Source of the DNA: Spirochaetia bacterium
Lineage (GTDB): Bacteria > Spirochaetota > Spirochaetia > SZUA-6 > Bin103
Direction: 5' to 3'
Length of the DNA stretch: 64,000 nucleotides
Assembly (NCBI GenBank): GCA_965203055.1
Contig: OZ241863.1
Location: 256,001 to 320,000 of the forward strand
In this document: piece by piece, positions 1-9,329 of the stretch
Layout of the letters: every line of letters starts with the position of its first letter
Numbering within the stretch: position 1 is the stretch's first letter
Program-made: the position numbers and the translations under genes
Notes under the pieces: generated by a model
The model's input: only the letters and a program-made list of their open reading frames with translations
What the model was told of the DNA's origin: nothing
The model's database searches: none

Positions 1-403
1 CGGTGATGGCGATGCCGCGCGCGAGGTTGAAGCCGACCACGCTGCCGGCGATGAGCCAGATGGCGATCGGCGACTCGCTGCGCGCGAACAGCGGCGCGAA
101 CAGAATCGGGCTCATCAGGGCGTAGCGGATCAGCCAGAAGACGCCCATGGTGCGCACGGTGCCCAGGCGGCGCACGATGATGCGGCCCACCAGCGGCAGG
201 AGCTGCCCCAGGGGGACGAACGAGTAGAGCATGCCGACCAGCAGGTCGCCGGCGCCGAGGCGCAGCGCGTAGAGGGCGATGATGTTGCCGGTCAGAAGCT
301 GGAACGAAATCACGTTGAGGAAGGCGAACAACGTGAAGTTGCGTTGCGCGACGCGCAGTTGGCGCGGGGTCAGACTCTCGTCGAGCGGCACGGAGGTACT
401 CAC
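1..403 (-). CDS. MFS-type transporter, 5' part (runs off the window start)
   Basis: Not in the ORF track. Manual translation from GTG at 403 gives VSTSVPLDESLTPRQLRVAQRNFTLFAFLNVISFQLLTGNIIALYALRLGAGDLLVGMLYS..., with successive hydrophobic helices typical of an MFS N-terminus. Confidence 0.7.
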   Translation of the reverse strand, partial: MSTSVPLDESLTPRQLRVAQRNFTLFAFLNVISFQLLTGNIIALYALRLGAGDLLVGMLYSFVPLGQLLPLVGRIIVRRLGTVRTMGVFWLIRYALMSPILFAPLFARSESPIAIWLIAGSVVGFNLARGIAIT

Positions 404-634
404 GAGGCGCCCCGCCGCTGCCGGCGGGCCGCCGCCGTACCGCACGTTGCTTGCCGCGCGCCGGGGCCGGCAAGGGCGCCGGGCGGCCCCCGCCGCGCGC
501 TGCCGCACCCTCCCGGGAGCGCCTCCGCCGCGCCCGTGCGCGGTGCGCCGCCGTAACCGTAGGTCCCCATACTACATGTATCGTCCGTCCTGCCTCCGGG
601 AACCTCTGAAATCCTGCATCAATGTACCGGCATG

Positions 635-668
635 CCTGTTGACAGGCCGGGGCTCGGCGCTATAGGGT
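635..668 (+). promoter_or_regulatory. sigma70-type promoter with a palindrome over the -35 element
   Basis: TTGACA at 639-644; -10 is TATAGG (661) or TAGGGT (663). Inverted repeat GCCTGT-TG-ACAGGC at 635-648. Confidence 0.6.
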
Positions 669-670
669 CA

Positions 671-845
671 CCGTGAAATCGATCTGACCGCGATTGGTGT
701 TCCCGCGCATGTCGGGCCCACCGCGCGGAATACAACAGCCCACCATGCGGACTCTGGGAGTAGCTACCCGCCGGTCCGCGGGCAAATACGCGTGGAGTCC
801 TACCATTCAGGGAACATCTGCGTGTGTCGGATCGATTTCAAACGG
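671..845 (+). ncRNA. candidate structured ncRNA, long rod-like hairpin (6S-like architecture; identity unproven)
   Basis: Nested pairings 674-688/826-840, 689-692/819-822, 696-704/810-818, 714-721/792-800, 738-741/780-783 and 747-752/774-779, with several G-U pairs. It begins just after the -10 box. Confidence 0.55.
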
Positions 846-892
846 CCCGACACCTATGGATGACACCAACAACACTACACTCGAAGAGAAAG

Positions 893-1185
893 ATGGACTC
901 CACCGTCGTGATCGACCCCCAAGGAGAATCACCCACCATCGCGCCGACCTCGCAACGTCTGTTCCCCACGCAAGGATGGTTCCGACGATTGACCGTATCG
1001 GTACGCGCCAAACAGTTGACCGAGCGCATCAGCATCGACACCCGCGAGGGCACGTTGATAGGCGAACCAGGCGACTGGCTGATCACCGGCATCGAGGAGA
1101 ACAGTATCCCTGCGCCGACTCCATCTTTCGCCGCCTCTACGAACCCTTGAGAGCCGAGGTCGCAGACCCGGCGGATGAGACATGA
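893..1185 (+). pseudogene. PGDYG-like domain protein, frameshifted at ~1096
   Basis: RAKQLTERISIDTREGTLIGEPGDWLITGIE continues in another frame as GEQYPCADSIFRRLYEP. One extra G at 1096-1097 joins them. Confidence 0.7.
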
Positions 1186-1355
1186 CGCCCTGGTACGTCA
1201 AGGTGTTCTGGTGGACGTTGGGCATCTGGGCGCTGGGCGCGTTGGTGTTGTCCGGCGATGATTCCACACCATACCCGCCAAACCACACCGTACCCTATAA
1301 CGCCTACGAGGAAGCGCTGCAGCCTGACAACCTCTGTCCCACAGGACCATGCTGA
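1182..1355 (+). CDS. small (57 aa) single-TM or secreted hypothetical protein
   Basis: The ATG overlaps the upstream TGA (ATGA); MTPWYVKVFWWTLGIWALGALVLSGDD... is below the ORF-track cutoff. Confidence 0.5.
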   Translation: MTPWYVKVFWWTLGIWALGALVLSGDDSTPYPPNHTVPYNAYEEALQPDNLCPTGPC

Positions 1356-1384
1356 CGACCAGCCCTTCAAGGAGACCTAGTAAA

Positions 1385-2005
1385 ATGCGCATCGTCTTCA
1401 CCCCTCTCGCCATGCTCCTCGCCCTCACGGCGTGCGAGGAAACCGCCACACCCAACATCACCGTCCCTACCGCACCGCCGGCAGCCCCCGCGCCGACCGA
1501 GCCTGCGTCCACCATCGTGACCCTGACGATCGTCAGCGACGAAGCCGGAACCTCACATCGCAACGGCACCGCCGCGGCCCTCAACCGAATTGAGAACACC
1601 GATGAGATCACCCGAAACCGTACGATACGGTATCCTACGGGCTTCAAGACCGGCGTCAGGCACGACACCGAAGAACACGTGTACCAATGGTGGGCATTCG
1701 AATCGAACCCAATCACCGGCGCGTTTACCAACACCGAAATCCTGCGCATGGGAGGCCAAAGCCTCGACAACGGCCAGTCCTGGTACATCAGTTCGATGGA
1801 GATCACGCCATCGTTCAGAGTAAACGTGCGCGCAATCCTCGGCACCGGCGGCGGATCTGCCGAGTCAACACTGATCGTCACGCTATTCGCGGACGTCACC
1901 TTAGGAATGTACGCCGGGACCCTCGATACCACCCTCGCCGAAGCTGAGGCCGTCGTGAAGCGCCACCTGGCAACGAATTCTATAGTGTTAAGTTTCCGCC
2001 TCTGA
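1385..2005 (+). CDS. hypothetical lipoprotein
   Basis: AAGGAG RBS; signal peptide with lipobox LALTAC, followed by a Pro/Ala/Thr linker. Confidence 0.7.
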   Translation: MRIVFTPLAMLLALTACEETATPNITVPTAPPAAPAPTEPASTIVTLTIVSDEAGTSHRNGTAAALNRIENTDEITRNRTIRYPTGFKTGVRHDTEEHVYQWWAFESNPITGAFTNTEILRMGGQSLDNGQSWYISSMEITPSFRVNVRAILGTGGGSAESTLIVTLFADVTLGMYAGTLDTTLAEAEAVVKRHLATNSIVLSFRL

Positions 2006-2082
2006 TCATGGAGATGGAACTACGGGCGGCGACCGCAGATCACCAGCCGTCCGAAGCGTGTCAGATTCGCAATCCTTACGCC

Positions 2083-2505
2083 ATGATCAAGCGACTAGGG
2101 GCATTCGCAGTCGTAGCAGCGATAATTGGCGCCGCGAGCTGCGTTTCGCCGGCGACAAGCGCGCCACCCGCGGCGCCGGAAGCGGCTCCCGAGCCGCCGG
2201 AAGCGCCGGCGGCGCCGGGCGGTCTGACGGCGCCGCCGGGTGACCGCAGCATCAGCCCCGACAGGGACGACACGAACAACCCCAGCATCGTTTCCTACGA
2301 GGTGCGGCTGAGCAGTCTGGCCGACACGGAGAGAGCGATCAACAACATGTACGCCTATCTCAGAACTCTGGTCACATGGCTGGGAAACCTGGAGGATGCG
2401 TTCGACATCCACATCCATCCGACCCCAGCGCCATTTGGGACCACGGAATATACCAGAAGAAGGGTCGGTGACATGCCATCGCCTCCCTCGGGGCCGTCAC
2501 CGTAA
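2083..2505 (+). CDS. hypothetical lipoprotein
   Basis: MIKRLGAFAVVAAIIGAASC signal and lipobox, then a Pro/Ala-rich linker. Confidence 0.6.
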   Translation: MIKRLGAFAVVAAIIGAASCVSPATSAPPAAPEAAPEPPEAPAAPGGLTAPPGDRSISPDRDDTNNPSIVSYEVRLSSLADTERAINNMYAYLRTLVTWLGNLEDAFDIHIHPTPAPFGTTEYTRRRVGDMPSPPSGPSP

Positions 2506-2561
2506 GCCGTCCGTCCCGATCTTGATTGTCGCGGCCGGGTCATATTGCTACGATGCGGTAG

Positions 2562-3644
2562 ATGAGCCCCGGACGCGAGACCCGCCCCCGGTACGATGAG
2601 CGGTACAAGACGCTGTTCGCCTTCCCGCGCATGGTCGAGGACCTCGTGCGCGCCTTCTTCGGCGGCGAGCAGCTCGCTGCCATTGACTTCTCGACGCTGC
2701 AGAAGCTGTCGGCCGAGTACGTCAGCGACGAGTTGCTGAAGCGCCACGGCGACGCCGTTTGGCGGCTGCGGGTGGGGAATGGTTGGACCTATCTGCTGGT
2801 GCTGCTGGAGTTCCAGTCGCGCGATTACTACTACATGGCGCTGCGCATCCTGGTCTACGTCAGCCTGATGTACCAGGAATGGCTGCGCAACGAGGGGCGG
2901 GAGGGGCAGGAGGCGCGCCGCTTGCCGGCGGTGCTGCCGGTAGTGCTCTACAACGGCGCGGCGCCGTGGCGCGCGCCGCAGGAGGTGGGCGAGTTGATCG
3001 CGCCGGTGGGGCAGTGGCTGGCGCCGTACCAACCGGCGCAGCGATACTTCGTAGTGGACGAGCAGCGCGTCGGGGCGGACGCGGTGCCGCGTGGGAATCT
3101 GATGCGGGCGGTGCTGGGGCTGGAGCAGAGTCAGTCGCCGGAGGACTTGTTGCGGGTAGCGGCCTCGCTGGAGGAGTGGCTGGCGGGGTCGGAGCACGAG
3201 GAGTTGCGACGGGTGTTTGAGGACTGGCTGGAGAGTTTGATTGAGCAGGTCAAGCGGGAAGGGGAGGAGCTGCCGGAGATGGGGAACCTGAAGGAGATAC
3301 GGATGACGTTGGAAGAGCGAGTGAAGGAGTGGCCGGCGCAGTGGCTGCGGGAAGGCCGCGAACAAGGTCTTGAGCAAGGCCGAGAGCAGGGCCGCGAGGA
3401 AGGCCGCGAGGAAGGCCGCGAGGAAGGCCGCGAGGAAGGTCGCGAGCAGGGACTTGAACACGAACGAACGCTATTGCGCCGTATGGCAGCGTTGCGGTTT
3501 GGTGCGGAGACCGGCGAGCGTGCGGCGGCTCTGATGGCGGACATCGGGGAAGCGGATCGACTGGCCGACATCGGCGACTGGCTGGTGCGGTGCGGCGACG
3601 GCGGCGAATTTCTGGCACGAGTAGCGTCTATCGCGCGGGCGTGA
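2562..3644 (+). CDS. Rpn family recombination-promoting nuclease / YhgA-like putative transposase
   Basis: YKTLF...RHGDAVWRL...LLEFQS...MALRILVY...LPAVLPVVLYNG motifs; C-terminal (G-R/L-E-E/Q)n repeats. Confidence 0.9.
   Translation: MSPGRETRPRYDERYKTLFAFPRMVEDLVRAFFGGEQLAAIDFSTLQKLSAEYVSDELLKRHGDAVWRLRVGNGWTYLLVLLEFQSRDYYYMALRILVYVSLMYQEWLRNEGREGQEARRLPAVLPVVLYNGAAPWRAPQEVGELIAPVGQWLAPYQPAQRYFVVDEQRVGADAVPRGNLMRAVLGLEQSQSPEDLLRVAASLEEWLAGSEHEELRRVFEDWLESLIEQVKREGEELPEMGNLKEIRMTLEERVKEWPAQWLREGREQGLEQGREQGREEGREEGREEGREEGREQGLEHERTLLRRMAALRFGAETGERAAALMADIGEADRLADIGDWLVRCGDGGEFLARVASIARA
3352..3459 (+). repeat. 12-nt coding tandem repeat (GREE/GREQ) inside rpn
   Basis: gaaggccgcgag-like units encode EGREQGLEQGREQGREEGREEGREEGREEGREQGLE. 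Confidence 0.85.
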
Positions 3645-3843
3645 TGGCAGTCGCGCAGGTGCGACGCCGCCCTCCGCGGCCGACGGCGGGCATTTTTCAG
3701 GAGCGCCCCGGCGGCGCCCACTGCCGCAGGTCGTGCTCGGTCAGACCGAACCGCGCGAGTTGCGAGTGAACGAAGCTCTCGTAGAGATCGCCCAGCCGCT
3801 GCTGTCTTGCCGGGGGCGGCGCTTCCTTCTATCATGCGGGACT

Positions 3844-4863
3844 GTGAAAGTAGTTCAGACCACCGATGACAAGCAGGTTCGACTGGCGGAGGTTCCCGAC
3901 CCGCAGGCGCAGGGCGAGTGGGCCGTCGTCAAGATTCTGAGCGCGCCGATGTGCACCGAGTACAAGGCGTACCAGGCGGGGCGCGGTCTCGCCTCCATGG
4001 GCCACGAGGCGGCCGGCGAGGTGGTGGCGGTGGACCAGTCCAGCCTGGTGCAGGTGGGCGACCGCGTGGCGGTGATGCCGCAGACGAGCTGCGGCGTGTG
4101 CGACCTGTGCCTGGCGGGGGAATACATCCATTGCCAGCAGGGGCCGAACCCGGAAGAGCTTGGCGTCTACCGGCACGGCACCGGCACCTACGCCCAGTAC
4201 GTGATCAAGCAGGACCGCTTCCTGGTGCCGCTGCCGGAGGGCATGTCCTTCGATCACGGCAGCATGGCGTGCTGCGGCCTGGGACCCACCTTCGGCGCCA
4301 TGCAGCGCATGAACGTGGGCAGCGGGGAGACGGTGCTGGTCACCGGCATCGGCCCGGTCGGGCTGGGGGCCATCGTCAACGCCCGGCACCGGCGCGCCCG
4401 CGCCATCGCCGTGGAGACGATTCCCTTTCGGCGCGAGCTGGCGCTCGAACTCGGCGCGGAGGCCGCGGTCGACCCCACGGCCGCCGGCGCCCGGGAGCAG
4501 GTCATGGAACTCACCGGCGGGCGCGGCGTGGACGCGGCGGTGGACTGCAGCGGCGTGGGCGCGGCGCAACGGTTCGCCCTCGACTGCCTGCGCCGCCGCG
4601 GGCGGCTGGCCTTCGTCGGCCAGGGCGGGGAGGTGCCGCTCTACACCAGCCGCGACATGGTCAGCAAGGGGCTGGCGCTCTACGGGGCGTGGCACTACAA
4701 CCGCGCCGACGCCTCCCGTCTGCTGGGCGTGATCGCTGACTCCGGGGAGCTGCTCGACCGGCAGATCACCCACCGGATGCCGATGAGCGCCGTGCAGGAA
4801 GCGTTCGAGCTGCAGCTCAGCGGTGAAACCGGCAAGATCATCCTCCACCCCTGGGAGGAGTAG
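3844..4863 (+). CDS. zinc-binding alcohol dehydrogenase (MDR family)
   Basis: GHEAAG catalytic Zn motif, CGVCDLC structural Zn motif, GIGPVG NAD-binding motif; GTG at 3844 is the likely start. Confidence 0.9.
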   Translation: MKVVQTTDDKQVRLAEVPDPQAQGEWAVVKILSAPMCTEYKAYQAGRGLASMGHEAAGEVVAVDQSSLVQVGDRVAVMPQTSCGVCDLCLAGEYIHCQQGPNPEELGVYRHGTGTYAQYVIKQDRFLVPLPEGMSFDHGSMACCGLGPTFGAMQRMNVGSGETVLVTGIGPVGLGAIVNARHRRARAIAVETIPFRRELALELGAEAAVDPTAAGAREQVMELTGGRGVDAAVDCSGVGAAQRFALDCLRRRGRLAFVGQGGEVPLYTSRDMVSKGLALYGAWHYNRADASRLLGVIADSGELLDRQITHRMPMSAVQEAFELQLSGETGKIILHPWEE

Positions 4864-4912
4864 CGCGCCAACGAGCCCGGCCGCGGCGGCGACCGGCCGG
4901 GAACTCGGATTT

Positions 4913-5770
4913 TCAGCGGGCGGCGAACCAGCCGAAGGCGTCGGCGAACACGATCCAGTAGTAGAGCAGATAGCCGCCGGCGCCGGCCAGGAACATGGCG
5001 CTGGCGCGGCTGATGGCCAGCATCGAGCCGCGCAACCAGCGCGCCACCGCGCCGCGGAACAGCGCGGCGCCGACCGTTACCGCGATCAGTACCGATCCCA
5101 TGCCCAGGGCGTAGCCCATGAACTGGCCGAAGGCGGCGCCCAGCCCCTGAGTGCCGAGTCCGATACCGACCACCGCCAGGAAGATCGGCAGGGTGCAGCT
5201 CAGCGAGCTGATCGAGTAGGCGGCCCCGAACGCGACCACGTTGCCGAGGTTGCGGCGCGGGCTGACGTGGACCCGGCTGGCGGCCAGCAGCGCCAGCTTG
5301 CCGCGCCCGCTCAGCAGCCACAGGCCGAGACCCAGCAACACCGCGCCCAGCAGCGCCCCGAAGTAGCGGAAGGTGGAGGTGAGCCACTGGCCGCCTGCGG
5401 CAACCACCAAGCCCACCGCCGCGGCCACCGCCACGAAGCCGCCGGTGGCCGCGGCCCCGAGCAGCAGGCCGCGCCCGGCGCGCTCCGGGAACGAACGCCG
5501 GTAGAACCCCTCCTCCTCGTTGCCGAGGTGGTAGGAGATGTAGCTCGGCAGCATTACGAAGCCGCACGGATTGACGCTGGCTACCATGCCGGCCAGGAAG
5601 GCGAACAGGAACGGCAGGGTCACGGTCACGTTGGCTGCGGCCGACTCCACGTTGGCCTGCACGCGGATCACCGCGCCCAGCAGGACGGCCACCACCAGCG
5701 CCGGCACCGCGAACGAGATGATCTCGTTGCGGCGCGCGGCGGAGCGGCTGGCGGGCGTGGGGCGGCTCAT
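4913..5770 (-). CDS. ccdA: cytochrome c biogenesis protein CcdA / DsbD-like membrane protein
   Basis: AGMVASVNPCGFVMLPSY and SLSCTLPIF cysteine motifs; multiple TM helices; adjacent to a TlpA gene. Confidence 0.8.
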   Translation of the reverse strand: MSRPTPASRSAARRNEIISFAVPALVVAVLLGAVIRVQANVESAAANVTVTLPFLFAFLAGMVASVNPCGFVMLPSYISYHLGNEEEGFYRRSFPERAGRGLLLGAAATGGFVAVAAAVGLVVAAGGQWLTSTFRYFGALLGAVLLGLGLWLLSGRGKLALLAASRVHVSPRRNLGNVVAFGAAYSISSLSCTLPIFLAVVGIGLGTQGLGAAFGQFMGYALGMGSVLIAVTVGAALFRGAVARWLRGSMLAISRASAMFLAGAGGYLLYYWIVFADAFGWFAAR

Positions 5771-5772
5771 GT

Positions 5773-6375
5773 TCAGCGCTCCGCGGCGGCGAGCAGTTCC
5801 CGGGTGAGTTCGACCAGCTTGTCGTGGGTCAGCAGGCCGGTCCACTTGTGGGTAACGCCGCCGTCGGGGGTCACGAACATCGTGGTCGGCATGCCCAGCA
5901 CCTGAAAGCGGCTCACCACCGAAGCATCTTCGGTCGTGCCGGCCGGGTAGGTGATTCCCAGGTCTTCCAGCAGCGCCTGCCCCTGCTCCACGCTGCCGAG
6001 GCCGGTGAACGGCCCCAGATCGATGCCCAGCAGCAGAATGCGGCCGGCAAACTGATCGTACACCTCCTGGAACTCGGGCATTTCGGCGCGGCACGGCGGG
6101 CACAACCCGGCCCAGAAGTTGAGCACCACCGGTTTGCCCTGGGCCAGTACGGCGCTGAATTGCACCCGTTCCCCGCCCAGCTCCGCGCCGCTCTGGTAGG
6201 CGACGATTTCGAAGTCGCCCACCTGCGGCAGGCCGGCGCTCGCCGGCCCGGAACCGGCCTCGGAGTCGGCATCGGCGCGCCCGCGGCTCCAGGCCGCCGG
6301 TACCAGCAGCGCCAGCAGCAGAACCGCCAGCGCGCCGCGGCGCAGCCCGCGCCGCCGGCGTGAATCCACTCTCAT
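5773..6375 (-). CDS. TlpA/ResA-like thiol-disulfide oxidoreductase
   Basis: GKPVVLNFWAGLCPPCRAEMP; cis-Pro GMPTT motif; signal peptide. Confidence 0.9.
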   Translation of the reverse strand: MRVDSRRRRGLRRGALAVLLLALLVPAAWSRGRADADSEAGSGPASAGLPQVGDFEIVAYQSGAELGGERVQFSAVLAQGKPVVLNFWAGLCPPCRAEMPEFQEVYDQFAGRILLLGIDLGPFTGLGSVEQGQALLEDLGITYPAGTTEDASVVSRFQVLGMPTTMFVTPDGGVTHKWTGLLTHDKLVELTRELLAAAER

Positions 6376-6391
6376 ACCTCCGCCCCTCGGA

Positions 6392-7183
6392 TCAGCGCGC
6401 CCGCGATTCCTGCGGGTGCTCGATCTCGCCCTGTTCGTAATCCTTCGGGCTCAACTCCTCCAGCGGCTGCGGCACGTTCCGCGCCTCGATGATGCCGGTG
6501 GTCTCGGTGTTGCCGTCGAAGGCGCACCAACGCACGCCGTTGGCCAGAACGTGGAGCACCTCCGGTTGATGGAAGATGGGATAGGTCTCGTGGCCGGGAC
6601 GGAAGTAGAACACCTTGCCGCGGCCGCGATGCCATACGGCGCCGCTGCGAAATACCTCGCCGCCTTCGAACCAGCTCACGAACAGCAGTTCGTCAGGCTC
6701 GGGGATGTCGAAGAACTCGCCGTACATCTCGGCGTTGGGGATTTCGATGAACCGCCCGCACCCCTTGGTGATGGGATGATTGGGGTTGACCACCCAGAGC
6801 CGCTCGCGCTCCGCCGCCTCGCGCCAGCACAACCCGCAACTGGTCCCCATCAAACGCCGAAAGATCTTCGAGAAATGCCCGGAGTGCAGCACGATCAGGC
6901 CCATCCCGTTGAGCACGCGCTCCTGTACGCGGTCGACGATCGCGTCGCGCACCTTGCGGTGGGCGGTGTGCCCCCACCAGATCAGCACGTCGGTGCGCGC
7001 CAGCACCTCCTCGGTAAGGCCGTGGTCCGCCTGCTCCAGGGTCGCGGTAGCCGCCTCCAGCCCCGGCTGCTGCCGCAGGTAGCCGGCAATCTGTTCATGA
7101 ATCCCTTGGGGATAGATGCCGCGCACGAACTCGTTGGTCTGCTCGTGCACGAACTCGTTCCACACCGTTACGCGAATAGCCAT
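6392..7183 (-). CDS. thuA: ThuA-like trehalose utilization protein
   Basis: [14 protein letters not shown]...DVLIWWGH...LHSGHFSK...[20 protein letters not shown] upstream of ATG 7183. Confidence 0.9.
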   Translation of the reverse strand: MAIRVTVWNEFVHEQTNEFVRGIYPQGIHEQIAGYLRQQPGLEAATATLEQADHGLTEEVLARTDVLIWWGHTAHRKVRDAIVDRVQERVLNGMGLIVLHSGHFSKIFRRLMGTSCGLCWREAAERERLWVVNPNHPITKGCGRFIEIPNAEMYGEFFDIPEPDELLFVSWFEGGEVFRSGAVWHRGRGKVFYFRPGHETYPIFHQPEVLHVLANGVRWCAFDGNTETTGIIEARNVPQPLEELSPKDYEQGEIEHPQESRAR

Positions 7184-7363
7184 CCGCTCCTCCTTACGGC
7201 CGCCGCCCGCGGCCGTCCACGCGCTTTCGGCCGCCAGCATAGCACACCGCGCGGCGGCGGGGGACGGGACAATTGCGCCTTGAAAGGCGCGCCGGCAAGA
7301 GGATAGGGTTGCACCTAGGGACATGGCCCGGACGGCAACGGCCGCGGCGGGGCGCTCCGGGAG

Positions 7364-7912
7364 TTGGCGGTGATCGAGCATGCGCGCTTGCAGTTCAAGT
7401 GGCAGCGGCGGGTGCGGCGCAAGAGCCGGCTGGACTTCGCGCCGGGGTTGAACACCCTCGCCGGCCCCAACGGCTCCGGCAAGAGCACCATCATCAAGGC
7501 GCTGCTGCAGGGCACCGACTGCGAGCTGCGGTTCAAGGACAGCTCCGAGCGCCGGCTGTTCGATACCGAACTGATGAACCCGCGGGTGGTGTCCGCGCCG
7601 GCGCGCACCCCGGCCGAGATGGCGTTGCGCCTGCGCGGCAACTTCTCCTCTCACGGACAGATGATTCGTCACACCCTGGCCGCCCTGCCGGGCGGCCCGC
7701 GCGGCATGACCCTGCTGGTGGACGAGCCGGAAGCGGGCCAGGACTTCGCCGCGGTGCAACGGATGAAGCGCCTGATGGAAGCGGTATGCGCGCGCGGCTA
7801 CCAGATCATCGTCGCCTCCCATCACCCGGTGTTCTGGTTCGGCACCTGCCTGCTGGAGCTGGAACCCGGCTACACCCGCCGCGTTCTGGCGGCGCTGGCC
7901 GCCCTGCAGTAA
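7364..7912 (+). CDS. stand-alone short ABC/AAA-type ATPase
   Basis: Walker [14 protein letters not shown] signature, Walker [16 protein letters not shown]. Confidence 0.8.
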   Translation: MAVIEHARLQFKWQRRVRRKSRLDFAPGLNTLAGPNGSGKSTIIKALLQGTDCELRFKDSSERRLFDTELMNPRVVSAPARTPAEMALRLRGNFSSHGQMIRHTLAALPGGPRGMTLLVDEPEAGQDFAAVQRMKRLMEAVCARGYQIIVASHHPVFWFGTCLLELEPGYTRRVLAALAALQ

Positions 7913-7967
7913 TACCGGGCGGACGGCGCGCGCCGCCGGCGCAACCCCGTCCGCCGCGGCGCTCGGT

Positions 7968-9329
7968 TCAATCGCCGCGCCGGCCGGCGACCGGCCGCCG
8001 GGGAGGGGCGGCGCGCTGCCGGCCATCGGCCGCGGCGGCGCCGTCACCGTCAGCGCCGTCGCTGGCCGCGCCGGCGCCGGCGGGCGGATGATCCGCCGCG
8101 GCTGCGCCGGTCACCGCGCTCAGCACCTGCGAGGTGAGCCGCGCCTTCTCCTGTTCCACCGGATGCGGATGCACCATCGAGATCGGCGCGTGGGCGGCGC
8201 CGGTCCCGGAGACCACCGTCACGTGCCGCGCCGGAAACAGCGCCAGAGTCTGCGCGAACGGCTCGATGAACTTGTCGAAGTGCTCAATGAGGTACGCGGA
8301 GAACGCGGACCTGCCGCCGCTGCGGATGATGTCGATGGTGCGCGACAACTGGTCCAGCTCGGCCTGCGCGCGGCCGCGAATCTCCGCCGCCTGCGCCTTG
8401 GCCTGAGTCGCCAGCCGTTCCCGTTCCGCCTCCGCCGGGATCAGGATCTCGACCCGGTACTTCTCGCGCAGCATCTCGATGCGCTGCTCCTCGGCGCGAA
8501 TCTGGGCCTTGATCCCGGCCACCTGGGCCACCGCGTCGCGCTCCGCGCGCTGCACGCCGATGGCGCTGCGCTGGCCCTGCTGGGCAACGTCGACGCGGGT
8601 CTGGGCCAGCAGACTCTCCTTGGCGTTGGCCGCGTCCCGCACCGCGACCTCCGCGCGCCGCGTCTCCGACTCCTCCTTGGCCGCGGCGCGCGCCTGCGCC
8701 TGAGCGGCGCGCGACTGCGCTTCGGCGTTGGCCGACTGGATCCGCTTCAGCAGGGCGATGTACAACTCCGGCTCGCGCACCCCCTCCAGGCGGTGGTCGT
8801 CCACGTCGGCGATGTTCATCGCCGTGATCTCCAGACCGATCCCCGCCAGGTCGACCTTGCACACCCGGATCATGTTCTGCACCAGCCGGTCCTTGTCGGT
8901 CATCACCTCCTCCGGGGTCATGGTGGCGATGGAGTCGCGCAGATGGCCCTCGATGATGCCGGTCGCGATTCCGGTCAGCTCGCCCCAGTCGCGCGTCATC
9001 AGCAGGATGCGGCGAATCGCGTTGCGCAGCCCGTCGCCGGAGGAAGCGACGGCGAAGCTGACCGTGGCGACCACGGTAAGCGGCACGATCCCGGCGGCGA
9101 TTGCCGACTCCACGCGCACGCTGGTGGTGCGCGGGCGCATGTCCATGCGATAGAAACGGTGGATGAGCGGGAACACGAACACCCGCCCGCCGCGCACCGA
9201 GGAGAATCCCTGCCCCTGGCCGGCGACGATCGCCAACTCGTCGGCGCCCACGATCTTCATCTTGGTGATGAGCTGCAGGAACAGCGTAATGACCACGAGC
9301 AGCGCAAATACGATCACGAATCCGATCAT
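7968..9329 (-). CDS. flotillin / SPFH domain protein
   Basis: N-terminal TM helix; [19 protein letters not shown] motif; Ala/Glu-rich coiled coil. Confidence 0.85.
   Translation of the reverse strand: MIGFVIVFALLVVITLFLQLITKMKIVGADELAIVAGQGQGFSSVRGGRVFVFPLIHRFYRMDMRPRTTSVRVESAIAAGIVPLTVVATVSFAVASSGDGLRNAIRRILLMTRDWGELTGIATGIIEGHLRDSIATMTPEEVMTDKDRLVQNMIRVCKVDLAGIGLEITAMNIADVDDHRLEGVREPELYIALLKRIQSANAEAQSRAAQAQARAAAKEESETRRAEVAVRDAANAKESLLAQTRVDVAQQGQRSAIGVQRAERDAVAQVAGIKAQIRAEEQRIEMLREKYRVEILIPAEAERERLATQAKAQAAEIRGRAQAELDQLSRTIDIIRSGGRSAFSAYLIEHFDKFIEPFAQTLALFPARHVTVVSGTGAAHAPISMVHPHPVEQEKARLTSQVLSAVTGAAAADHPPAGAGAASDGADGDGAAAADGRQRAAPPRRPVAGRRGD

Noticed and set aside
3352..3459. Short tandem repeats as a possible CRISPR array
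   Set aside because: 12-nt in-frame coding units with no spacers; no cas genes in the window.
6392..8047. N-terminally extended or fused ORF calls (ThuA 551 aa, Mo subunit 996 aa, TroB 652 aa, SBP 764 aa)
   Set aside because: The extensions overlap other real genes or ISs; downstream starts fit the family N-termini and RBS or stop/start overlaps.
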